NCBI GenBank assembly: GCA_964640295.1
Contig: CAZXFX010000008.1
Span: forward strand, 3,153 to 67,152
DNA: 64,000 nt
Source: an uncultured Dehalococcoidia bacterium
GTDB taxonomy: Bacteria; Chloroflexota; Dehalococcoidia; Lucifugimonadales; UBA1123
Reading direction: 5' to 3'
Part shown: positions 28,339 to 36,739 of the stretch, one piece after another
Position numbering within the stretch: position 1 is the stretch's first letter
Layout of the letters: every line of letters begins with the position of its first letter
Position numbers and translations under genes: made by a program
The notes under the pieces: model-generated
What the model was told of the DNA's origin: nothing
Seen by the model: only the letters and a program-made list of their open reading frames with translations
The model's database searches: none

Positions 28339-28443
28339 CTGTAACGATTTAGTCAGCGCTCCACATTGCGCAAAAGTCCCTTCCACCTTGATGGGGAAAG
28401 GCTAGGATGGGGGTGATCCAATCCTCCGACAAAACTGATACAG
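28339..28443 (+). repeat. Copy B of the dispersed roughly 100-bp intergenic element
   Basis: CTGTAACGA...GCGCTCCACATTGCGCAAAAGTCCCTTCCACCTTGATGGGGAAAGGCTAGGATGGGGGTGATCCAATCCTCCGACAAAACTGATACAG. Confidence 0.65.
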
Positions 28444-28450
28444 CCTCGCT

Positions 28451-28486
28451 AAAAATCGTCGGGGTTGCGCGACCCCGACGATTTTT
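28451..28486. terminator. Bidirectional intrinsic terminator hairpin
   Basis: AAAAATCGTCGGGGT-tgcgcg-ACCCCGACGATTTTT is a perfect 15-bp stem that includes an A-tract and a T-tract. Confidence 0.7.
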
Positions 28487-28531
28487 GTATCTTCATATAT
28501 GCAAATACACCCCTAGTTTTCTGAAAGGAGA

Positions 28532-28999
28532 ATGCAGGCTATGACAATCACGTCTGCTTTGACAAGATTAATCCGCGTTCGGGAAGCCCGCGCGCACTGC
28601 GACATTCCGTGCGGAATCTACGACCCGATCTCGGCCAAGATAGCGGCGCAGACCGTCCAGAAGATGGTGCTTCGGATAGAGTCGCTGGACGACGCCGGCG
28701 ACGCCGCTTCCGCGAACACGCTTGGTCGCTATATCACCGTGAAGGAAGAGCACGCCGAACTGTGCAAGCACGAACTTCGCGTGCTGTGGGCCGACTACAC
28801 ATGGCCCGGTACAGACGCCAACGAAATCGCCTCCAAGTTCAACGCTGCGCTCAAGCTGGCCAGCCAGTGCAAGCAGACCGTCAGCATGGACAACGCCGAG
28901 GCGCTGGTTGCCGCCGTGGACGACATCGCCACTGTATTCTGGTCCACAAAGGGAGTTGAGTACAGCGACCCCAACGCCGCTGTTCGCTATGGTTCCTAA
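28532..28999 (+). CDS. sodN: Nickel superoxide dismutase precursor
   Basis: The Ni-hook HCDIPCGIYDP follows a roughly 21-aa leader. The overall size (155 aa) is typical. Confidence 0.9.
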   Translation: MQAMTITSALTRLIRVREARAHCDIPCGIYDPISAKIAAQTVQKMVLRIESLDDAGDAASANTLGRYITVKEEHAELCKHELRVLWADYTWPGTDANEIASKFNAALKLASQCKQTVSMDNAEALVAAVDDIATVFWSTKGVEYSDPNAAVRYGS

Positions 29000-29028
29000 G
29001 ACGCCAGACCACAAGGTACTTTAGAATG

Positions 29029-29066
29029 CGCCCCGTTTCGCATCCCCGGAACGGGGCGGTTTATCT
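29029..29066 (+). terminator. Intrinsic terminator-like hairpin after sodN
   Basis: CGCCCCGTT-loop-AACGGGGCG (9-bp stem) followed by GTTTAT. The T-tract is weak. Confidence 0.55.
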
Positions 29067-29086
29067 GATAAAAGAGGAGCGACTAA

Positions 29087-29410
29087 ATGCCGAAATATCT
29101 ATTTCATGCCTCATACACGGCGGAAGGAGCGTCGGGGCTTCTGAAAGAAGGCGGCTCTGCGCGCGCTGAAGCCATATCCAGCCTGGTAGAAGGCATGGGC
29201 GGGACTCTGGAAGCGATGTACTACGCTTTTGGAGAAGACGATCTATATATCATCGCGGAACTGCCCGACGAGGAAACGACTGTCGCGCTGTCTCTGGTAG
29301 TTTCCGCGAGCGGCGCCGGCGCGGTCAGGACCACAGTCTTGCTCGATCCGACCACCATAGACGCCGCGGCGAAGAAGAGCGCGAACTACAGGCCGCCCGG
29401 CGCGAATTGA
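29087..29410 (+). CDS. GYD domain protein
   Basis: MPKYLFHASYTAEGASGLLKEGGSARAEA...AFGEDDLYIIAELPDEETTVALSL is the typical GYD-family pattern. Confidence 0.75.
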   Translation: MPKYLFHASYTAEGASGLLKEGGSARAEAISSLVEGMGGTLEAMYYAFGEDDLYIIAELPDEETTVALSLVVSASGAGAVRTTVLLDPTTIDAAAKKSANYRPPGAN

Positions 29411-29432
29411 CGCGCGAGCGTCGTAAACAGGC

Positions 29433-29762
29433 TCAATGCTTGTAGTCCTCGCGGGGTGGACTGAATATGTCCAGCGCCACTGCCGGTTGGTCGGTAGCTT
29501 TTACGTAGTGTTCCACCCCGCCCGGAATCACGTATGTGTCGCCCTTTTTCACTCTGGAAGTTATTCCGCCTATCGTGAAATCGAACTCGCCCTCCAGGAC
29601 CATTCCCGCCTGCTCATGCGGGTGCTGGTGCATCGGCACTTCAGAGTTGGGAGCTATCTCCACGATGCTCATCATGATATTTTCGCCCCATATCGTTCTG
29701 AGGAAGACCCCCGGCGCGAGTTCTCTGCGATTGATCTCGTCGGGATTGTAGGTGTATGTCAA
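29433..29762 (-). CDS. Cupin domain protein
   Basis: 109 aa. Cupin motifs PMHQHPHEQAGMVLEG and GDTYVIPGGVEH. Confidence 0.75.
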   Translation of the reverse strand: MTYTYNPDEINRRELAPGVFLRTIWGENIMMSIVEIAPNSEVPMHQHPHEQAGMVLEGEFDFTIGGITSRVKKGDTYVIPGGVEHYVKATDQPAVALDIFSPPREDYKH

Positions 29763-29789
29763 AGCGCGCTCCTCCGATTTCTGAGTAGG

Positions 29790-30725
29790 TCAGTCAGCAT
29801 AGCCCGATACCGCCCTGTTATGGGCGGGAGTCAGGCAGGCGGTTATGAAGCTATTGATGGGGGTTGGAACTCCCAATTCGCAGCCCAGTTCCGACACCTT
29901 GCCGTTCAAATTGGCAAGCTCCAGCGGTTTCCCCGCGTCGAGGTCCGCGTGCATCGAAGAGACCAGGCTGTCCTTCTCCTCATAGAGATGAGCCATCGTA
30001 ATTTCCACGACATCGTCCGACAGAGCGACGCCGGCGGCTCTCCCGACTGCGGCCGCTTCCGCAAGCGTCTTTCGTGTCAGGTCCGCCGTCTGTGGGGTCT
30101 CCAGGACTTCCTTGAAAGAAGAGCGAGTGACGCAGGTCATCCCGCTCAGCCCGCAGATGTAAACCAGCTTGTTCCAGAGAGCGACGTTGATGTCCGCCGC
30201 TATCTCGGACTCGATTCCGGCGGCTTGCAGCGCCCTGAGGATTTCAGCGCCCCGCTCCGACGGCTTTCCATCCTGCTCGGCGAATACTATGCGGCACGCG
30301 CCGCCGAGTTCGTCGAATACGCCCGGTCCCGGATGGGAAGCGTCCACATAGGCCGCTCCCAGCATGACCTTTTCCGGGCCAAACGCCGCCGACAGGTCTG
30401 AGCCTGAACCTATGCCGTTCTGAAGCGTCAGAACAGTGGTTTGATCGCCAATAGCGGGCGAGATGGTCTCGATGGCGAGCGCGTTCTGGTATCCCTTTAC
30501 GCAGAACATAACCAGATCGGCTGTCCAACTTCCATCGAGCGAGTCCACCGCATTAGCCCTAACGGTGAACCGCCCCGAATTTACGCTGTTTACGCGAAGC
30601 CCGCGCTGCCTGATCGCTTCGAGATTATCGTGTCGGGCTACGAAAGTCACATCGTTGCCGGCGCGAGCGAGCAGGCTTCCATAGTATCCGCCCACCGCGC
30701 CAGCCGCCATTATCAAAATCTTCAT
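29790..30725 (-). CDS. panE: 2-dehydropantoate 2-reductase (ketopantoate reductase, ApbA/PanE family)
   Basis: N-terminal Rossmann MKILIMAAGAVGGYYG plus the ApbA-type C-terminal domain. I prefer the ATG at 30725 to the TTG at 30731. Confidence 0.8.
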   Translation of the reverse strand: MKILIMAAGAVGGYYGSLLARAGNDVTFVARHDNLEAIRQRGLRVNSVNSGRFTVRANAVDSLDGSWTADLVMFCVKGYQNALAIETISPAIGDQTTVLTLQNGIGSGSDLSAAFGPEKVMLGAAYVDASHPGPGVFDELGGACRIVFAEQDGKPSERGAEILRALQAAGIESEIAADINVALWNKLVYICGLSGMTCVTRSSFKEVLETPQTADLTRKTLAEAAAVGRAAGVALSDDVVEITMAHLYEEKDSLVSSMHADLDAGKPLELANLNGKVSELGCELGVPTPINSFITACLTPAHNRAVSGYAD

Positions 30726-30740
30726 GAGCAAGTCTTCCGT

Positions 30741-31055
30741 CTATTGATTCTTCAACTCAACCAGCACGTTTACGTAGCGGGTGTCGGTATTGTTGATTAC
30801 GCGATGAACTTTATGCTCGCCGTGGTATCTCCACGTACCCGGCCCCGACGGGCTATCATCAGATGTCCCGTCGCCATACTCCACTGTCAAGCCCGCGCCT
30901 TCCACGACTATCGTGACATAGTCGCGCTCGTGCATGTGCCAGTCGCTGGCTTCGCCCGGATTTACTATCAGGTTCCATATCTTCACATTGTCGTTTTCAA
31001 ATAGAACGTCGGTGGCGATGTCGCCCAGCGGTTCGTCGCTTCTCGGCATGATCAC
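30741..31055 (-). CDS. Small cupin-like protein (paralog 1)
   Basis: VKIWNLIVNPGEASDWHMHERDYVTIVVEG ... HRVINN. It is paralogous to the adjacent ORF. Confidence 0.55.
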   Translation of the reverse strand: MIMPRSDEPLGDIATDVLFENDNVKIWNLIVNPGEASDWHMHERDYVTIVVEGAGLTVEYGDGTSDDSPSGPGTWRYHGEHKVHRVINNTDTRYVNVLVELKNQ

Positions 31056-31102
31056 TCTCCCTGTCGGTTGTCGCCCATGGCATCAGTCTTATAGCCTCAA
31101 TC

Positions 31103-31396
31103 CTATTTTATCTCTACGATGGAGTTGCTGTAGAGTGCGTCCCCGACATTGGTAACTCGGTGAACCGAGCCATGCTGTCCTCTCACAACCTGTCCAAGCG
31201 CCAGGTCGCTTACGGCAACTGTTCCGTCTTCGTACTCGGTCTTGAGCTTGCCCGCCCTGGTGACCGTGAACACGTAGGGCGTCGTATGCCTGTGCCAGTC
31301 GCTGGACTGTCCCGGCTCCAAAACCAGGTCCCACGTCCTCACGCGCTCGTCCTCCCACAAAAGCTTAGTTCCAACTTCTCCCATTTCGCGTTCCAT
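31103..31396 (-). CDS. Small cupin-like protein (paralog 2)
   Basis: VRTWDLVLEPGQSSDWHRHTTPYVFTVTRAG ... HRVTNV has the same architecture as 30741..31055. Confidence 0.55.
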   Translation of the reverse strand: MEREMGEVGTKLLWEDERVRTWDLVLEPGQSSDWHRHTTPYVFTVTRAGKLKTEYEDGTVAVSDLALGQVVRGQHGSVHRVTNVGDALYSNSIVEIK

Positions 31397-31418
31397 GTCT
31401 AACTCCTCGCTCTCTGGC

Positions 31419-32138
31419 TTAGAAGCCCAAATTTCGCTGCTTCATGCTGACAAAGCTCTGTTGTCCTATGACGATATGGTCGAGCAGCTCGATGTCCATC
31501 ATTTCCGCGCTCTGATTCAGACGCCTCGTCACCAGGATGTCCTCCGGACTTGGCGTCGGGTCGCCCGACGGATGATTGTGCGCCACGATGATATACGGAC
31601 AGTTCTCCCTGACGGCGGGCCTGAGTATCTCCGCCACCCTGATGGAGGCTGAGTTGACCGTCCCCTGATATACGTCTCGCATCGCCACCACGCGGTTCTT
31701 CGTGTTCAGCAGCAGGACGCGCAGTTTCTCCTGGGTTAGCTGAGACATTTCGACCCCTACCAGATTGTGAACGTCTTCAGGCGACCCTATCGAAGGTCTA
31801 TTCTGCGGATTCATGCTGGCCGCCCGCTTGCCGAGTTCGACTGCCGCCACTACCTGACAAGCCTTGGCCTCGCTGATGCCGCGGAGGTCGCACATATCGC
31901 CAATAGTGGCGTCCGCCAGTCCTGATATCCCACCCAACTTGGAGAGTAGTTTATCAGACAAACTCAACACGTTTTCGCCTTTCACCCCCGTGCGGAGTAA
32001 AATAGCTATCAGGTCAGAGTTGGAGAGCGATCCGGCCCCCAGCCCTACGAGCCTCTCCCGAGGCCTCATGTCGGCTGGCATATCGCGGATCATCGGGTTG
32101 TAGGGCTTCTCGATTTGTTCGGGATATTCGTTCATCAT
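31419..32138 (-). CDS. radC: RadC-family JAB/MPN domain protein (UPF0758)
   Basis: IRDMPADMRPRERL at the N-terminus, an HhH region, and the JAMM motif HNHPSGDPTPSPEDI. Confidence 0.85.
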   Translation of the reverse strand: MMNEYPEQIEKPYNPMIRDMPADMRPRERLVGLGAGSLSNSDLIAILLRTGVKGENVLSLSDKLLSKLGGISGLADATIGDMCDLRGISEAKACQVVAAVELGKRAASMNPQNRPSIGSPEDVHNLVGVEMSQLTQEKLRVLLLNTKNRVVAMRDVYQGTVNSASIRVAEILRPAVRENCPYIIVAHNHPSGDPTPSPEDILVTRRLNQSAEMMDIELLDHIVIGQQSFVSMKQRNLGF

Positions 32139-32219
32139 GTATCCGCTTCGGAGATTATACGCGGAGCATTGTAGCACATTGACAAAACAATGTCAGAACC
32201 GAGCCGCGCCTGCATCGCC

Positions 32220-33836
32220 TCACAGCGCGCTCTTCAACTCCTCCACTTGCTCGACTTCCTCCAATTCCCCGATGATCCCCAGCACCTCGGATATATCAGT
32301 CAGCAACGCTTTAGAGCGTTGAGTAGCCGTACTTTCCTCAAAGGTGGGGTGTATCGTTCGGTTGCGATACGTCTGTATCCGTCCCAACTTGTCCGACAAA
32401 TGATAAGCGTTTTCTCCGAAACACTTTGCATAGCTGGCTACTACCAATCTAAAGTTGCCGAAATCTAACTCGGACGCGTAATTGTCGTATCGGTGTTTAT
32501 CCGCGCCTACCCTATCAAGAGCGGATCCAATGTCATCTAATCCGTAGTTGAACGCAATTCCGTTCGAAAGGTTTTTTATGATGAACTTGCGGACAGGGTC
32601 TCTCATTATGTTCAAACCGTGTCCGACCAAGGAAAGTTGGCCCGGATTTTTAGTTGTATCGCCAATGAGCGAATGTAACCCGTTTTGCCCATTCCGAGCG
32701 AGACGCGCGCTCTGGCGATAGCGCTGAAGTTCGTCGTTCAGCTTTTGGATGGTATCATCCCTCTTGCTCAGCGTATCTGCCAATGAGTCTCGTTCATCTT
32801 TGAGATTGCGAATCTCGTCTCGCTCCTTCTCCAGTCCATCCGCCTGTGAAGCCCTCTCAAGCTCTTCCTCCAGCCTCGCCACGTCTCTGAGCGCCGTGTC
32901 GAGCCGATTCTCGGCGTCTATTCTCTCACTCTTCTCCGCATCCAGCGCGCGTTCGAGCCTGTCCCTTTCGATTTCCGCTCTGCGCGTCCGTCTCTGAAGC
33001 CTTTTGAGTTCAGTGGATTCGTCCACTTGAGCGTGGCTTCGTAGTTGTTCGTTCCTGAACCGAATGCATGCGATATTGACTGCTACGAACTCGCGGTCGA
33101 ACGATTCCGGCGATGAATTCTCATCCAGGTCGCTAACAATCTCCGATATAACCGATACCCCCGATCCGCCCGGCCTATAGAATCCGCCCTTCCCGCGTCC
33201 AGCGAAATGTGGCCTCGCGCCCGGCCAGACGATTCTAGCGGCCCCGTTATAGGTTTCGAATCGGGATCCCCATTCAGTTCGATAACGACCCCGAGGAGGC
33301 GCCTCCACAACTTGCGCCATTCCCAGCAACTGTCCTGACAGCCGGTCTATGTCTCCATAAGGGAGACGCCCACTCGGATCCTTGCTTACCATCAGGACGG
33401 GCAGCTTGCGCTCAGGTGAAAACAGGAGTCGCGCCAACTCATTTTTCGCGGGGGCGGCGGCTCCGATTCTCTGCGGCCCGACTCGACATTCGTATCGTTC
33501 GGCAAGTTCTCGCATGAACTTCGGAGCGGAGATCGAAGAGACGGCTCCATCCTCCAGCGCAACGCCAGAGAACACCTCGGCCCGAAGTTCGTCTTCGTTC
33601 GCGTACAGCCGTACAGCAAGACGCCAGAGTTTATCGTTGTAGTACCGCTCCGCGTTTATATCGGCGTAGGCATAATTATCCGCCGTCTCGGATTCTACCG
33701 CAGTCGGAGAGTCGTCATCTTTATTGATCTTCTCCAAGAGATAGTCTTTGACCTCCAGCAATAATCTTGCGCGATCCGATGGACCGCTTGCGGATGCGCC
33801 AATTCGACTGATAGAGAATTCAGCGCGATATGCCAT
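32220..33836 (-). CDS. Large hypothetical protein: unknown N-terminal domain, roughly 110-aa coiled coil, C-terminal HEPN-like (Swt1-type) domain
   Basis: Rx4H motif in LGRIQTYRNRTIHPT within an all-helical roughly 140-aa C-terminal domain. The central heptad-rich region is Glu/Arg-rich (RRAEIERDRLERALDAEKSERIDAENRLDTALRDVARLEEELE...). A GAGGGA RBS precedes the ATG at 33836. Confidence 0.55.
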   Translation of the reverse strand: MAYRAEFSISRIGASASGPSDRARLLLEVKDYLLEKINKDDDSPTAVESETADNYAYADINAERYYNDKLWRLAVRLYANEDELRAEVFSGVALEDGAVSSISAPKFMRELAERYECRVGPQRIGAAAPAKNELARLLFSPERKLPVLMVSKDPSGRLPYGDIDRLSGQLLGMAQVVEAPPRGRYRTEWGSRFETYNGAARIVWPGARPHFAGRGKGGFYRPGGSGVSVISEIVSDLDENSSPESFDREFVAVNIACIRFRNEQLRSHAQVDESTELKRLQRRTRRAEIERDRLERALDAEKSERIDAENRLDTALRDVARLEEELERASQADGLEKERDEIRNLKDERDSLADTLSKRDDTIQKLNDELQRYRQSARLARNGQNGLHSLIGDTTKNPGQLSLVGHGLNIMRDPVRKFIIKNLSNGIAFNYGLDDIGSALDRVGADKHRYDNYASELDFGNFRLVVASYAKCFGENAYHLSDKLGRIQTYRNRTIHPTFEESTATQRSKALLTDISEVLGIIGELEEVEQVEELKSAL

Positions 33837-33866
33837 GTCCTGTCCCTCCATTCACTGGTTTCACTC

Positions 33867-35258
33867 TCAGTCTCGAATGTCGCCTATTCTTCTTATCTCG
33901 GTATCCGGATAGAACACTCGCCACGCGAACCAGAAGTGGCTGGCGTGCGCTACCGGAGACAGTCTCGCTCCCGCCAAAGGGCCGCTGACCGCTTCCCCGA
34001 ATATGTTCCAAGAGGAGGAGGTCTGGTCGTCGAGGATAGACGCTTCATCGAACCTGAACGTCAGCTTGAGACCGTCAGCAACTGGATCAAATGCGGCGGC
34101 TGAACCCACCGCGAGATTTTCTGAACCGAATATGCCCAGGAATGGCGATAGGGTATCCGGAACGTAGAAGATGGCGATATCCGCGCCGCCTACCCTGTCG
34201 TTTATCACGGGGCGCGACTCAAAGAGCGCAAACGGATACGCAACATTGGAGTCGCCGATGTTCAGCCCCAAAACTCTTTCCATGGGCGGCAGCCTGTCAT
34301 CCAGTTCGCCGACGAACATGAAGGGGCGGTCGCCACTAGAGTCGTAACCTGCGTATGGAGGCCGACCGTAGTTGCGCGTGAATCCGGTGTCTCTGCTCAG
34401 GACGCTGCCGTCCGGAAAGGCCTCTTTGAAATCCTCCCACGAAACCAAAGACGCGGGAAGCGTATCGAGTTTTGCCCCCGTATATTCCCCGACAATAGCC
34501 TCGCCGGGTATTTGCTGCCACCACGATTCCGTCTGTCTGTCCCACATGATCATATCACTATGACGCAGATAGCCGGTGGTTCCAAAGTCGAGTACCGGCT
34601 CGCCGTCGCCGACGCGACGGTCGAACACTATGGCGGAGTTGCAGAGCGGACAATAGGTGACCGTGATCGGCGTTCCCGCAAGCTCGTCGTTGACTATCTC
34701 GTGCCAGATGAGTATCGCTAGCGGATAGGCGCGCGCCTCCTCTCCCAGCTCCACGCTCAATACAGGTTCGCGCGCCTCCATATATGAAGAAGCCTGAGCG
34801 ACAGTCTCGAACTTGGGCTGGTCAACGGGCGCGATGCCGTCCCTCGGAGGCCCGCCGCGTCTTATGTCGGAATATGGAACAGAGTATTGGGTGAAGTCGG
34901 TCTTCCATCCTATATAGCGAAATTCCATCTCTGCGTCTTCCCATGTAACCGTCAACTGAAGCGGGGACAGAGGGACTGGCGTGGATGTAGGCGCTGGAGT
35001 GGGGATGTCGGGGGGAACGTTCATAGGCGACGGCATGGCAGTCGGAGCGGGTATAGCTGAGGCGGTCGGAATCGCCGATATAGGCGGAGGGGATAGCTGA
35101 GGGCGCGGAGCCTGCCGTTCAATATCCATCTGTGAAAGATTCTCTCCGGTGTCGCAGGCTGAAACGGCGAATGGGATGATCAGAAAGAATAGAGAAAATA
35201 ACCCAATAGAGCGACTGAGGATAGTTTGAAAAGTTTTTGAGCGACCCATTTGTCTCAA
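33867..35258 (-). CDS. DUF3179 domain lipoprotein
   Basis: Signal peptide plus lipobox FAVSAC, and a Pro-rich linker. The DUF3179-type core includes PRDGIAPVDQPKF, YPLAILIWHEIVND, TYCPLCNS and FDRRV. Confidence 0.7.
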   Translation of the reverse strand: MRQMGRSKTFQTILSRSIGLFSLFFLIIPFAVSACDTGENLSQMDIERQAPRPQLSPPPISAIPTASAIPAPTAMPSPMNVPPDIPTPAPTSTPVPLSPLQLTVTWEDAEMEFRYIGWKTDFTQYSVPYSDIRRGGPPRDGIAPVDQPKFETVAQASSYMEAREPVLSVELGEEARAYPLAILIWHEIVNDELAGTPITVTYCPLCNSAIVFDRRVGDGEPVLDFGTTGYLRHSDMIMWDRQTESWWQQIPGEAIVGEYTGAKLDTLPASLVSWEDFKEAFPDGSVLSRDTGFTRNYGRPPYAGYDSSGDRPFMFVGELDDRLPPMERVLGLNIGDSNVAYPFALFESRPVINDRVGGADIAIFYVPDTLSPFLGIFGSENLAVGSAAAFDPVADGLKLTFRFDEASILDDQTSSSWNIFGEAVSGPLAGARLSPVAHASHFWFAWRVFYPDTEIRRIGDIRD

Positions 35259-35411
35259 CTTATGCTTAAGCGGATGAAACCCGGCGGTAGCTTCGTCTTA
35301 TCGCCTATCATTATGATTTCCGTTTATGAATGAGAGCGGAAATCGCCACTGGAGTGTCACGAGAATATAGCATAAACCGAAACTCGGTTCGCGATTAGGT
35401 AACTCTTTATC

Positions 35412-36626
35412 GTGTATGGCGTTATAATGATTCAGCGCCCCTGCGAATTAGGAGCGAGATTTAGCGAAACGATGATTCCAGACGATTACAGAGGATATGG
35501 AAATTCCAACGCGGAAGGCGCGCCTCCGCGGCGGTCGTCCATGCGTCGCATGACGCTCGGCGTCCTTGCAGTGGGCGTCATTATCGGATTTGCGCTGGGT
35601 TTTCTATACACATCGGCAGTGAATCTGAGCGACGGCGATGGAATCCCGCTTTTCGACGAGGAGCGAGTTTCACGTATATTCGAAGATGCGGGTCCCGCTG
35701 TAGTGGAGATCGAAGTGGCGCGAACGTTCGGGAACGTTACGGTGCCGAGCGCGTACTCAGGATCCGGCTTCCTGGTTGACGAGCAGGGATATATCCTTAC
35801 CAACAATCATATCGTTTCAGATGGCAATTCGTTCGTGGCGCGTCTGTCGAACGGCAGAGAAATAGAAGCGGAGAAGATGGGCTTCAGCGAAGCCGACGAC
35901 CTCGCCGCGCTCAAGGTTGATCCCAAAGAGATCGAAGGCATCGTCCCGCTCGAACTAGCCGACTCTTCCAAGGTCAGGCCCGGACAGATGGCGATAGCGA
36001 TTGGCAGCCCTTTCCGAGAGTTCAATTCGATAGCCGTCGGCGTAGTGAGCGGGATTGGCAGAGGACAGACGAGCGTTCTCAATAGACCCATTCCGGACAT
36101 GATACAAACAGACGCGCCGCTCAACCCCGGAAATTCAGGCGGCCCCCTCCTCAACTCGGAAGGCAAAGTTATCGGAATAAACTCCTCTATACGCGTAAAT
36201 ACACCGAACGCGCCCGTCGAGGATTTCCGGATAGGATTCGCGGTGCCAAGCAATACCGCCATAGGCATTCTTCCGAACCTGAAGACAGCGTCGGAACTGA
36301 GGAGGCCGTGGATCGGCATTAGCGGAACGGCGGTAACGCGAGACATGGCGGACCGCATGGGGTTTCCAAGAGGAATCGCCATAACCGGTGTATTCGCGGA
36401 CAGCCCGGCGAGAAGGGCCGGCCTTTCTGTGTTCAGAGGGCTAACGGACGACACGCTGGGAGATATAATTACCGAGATTGACGATATCCCGGTGGGATCG
36501 GTCGAAGATATGGTGAGCTATCTCAATTCCAAGGTGCCGGGAGACCAGGTGACTCTCACTCTGTTCAAGCTGGGGGAGGAACGCGAGGTGAGAGTGATAC
36601 TGGACCCGTGGCTCGGAGGTTCCTGA
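35412..36626 (+). CDS. HtrA/DegP-family trypsin-like serine protease with a C-terminal PDZ domain
   Basis: Catalytic Ser block DAPLNPGNSGGPLLNSEGKVIGINS, His region ILTNNHIV, and a PDZ-like tail. The start is uncertain (35412, 35472 or 35541). Confidence 0.85.
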   Translation: MYGVIMIQRPCELGARFSETMIPDDYRGYGNSNAEGAPPRRSSMRRMTLGVLAVGVIIGFALGFLYTSAVNLSDGDGIPLFDEERVSRIFEDAGPAVVEIEVARTFGNVTVPSAYSGSGFLVDEQGYILTNNHIVSDGNSFVARLSNGREIEAEKMGFSEADDLAALKVDPKEIEGIVPLELADSSKVRPGQMAIAIGSPFREFNSIAVGVVSGIGRGQTSVLNRPIPDMIQTDAPLNPGNSGGPLLNSEGKVIGINSSIRVNTPNAPVEDFRIGFAVPSNTAIGILPNLKTASELRRPWIGISGTAVTRDMADRMGFPRGIAITGVFADSPARRAGLSVFRGLTDDTLGDIITEIDDIPVGSVEDMVSYLNSKVPGDQVTLTLFKLGEEREVRVILDPWLGGS

Positions 36627-36683
36627 GACAGTTGGCGACTCAACCATGGAGCAAAATGTCAAGGTTCAAGGCAGCAAAATCAA

Positions 36684-36720
36684 AGACGCTCCCACACTTA
36701 ATGGGAGCGTCTCTTTTTAT
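36684..36720 (+). terminator. Intrinsic terminator after htrA (also placed to serve the convergent gene)
   Basis: AGACGCTCCCA-cacttaa-TGGGAGCGTCT (11-bp stem) followed by CTTTTTAT, with an A-rich tract upstream. Confidence 0.65.
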
Positions 36721-36739
36721 TAGGCTTATTGACGACTTA

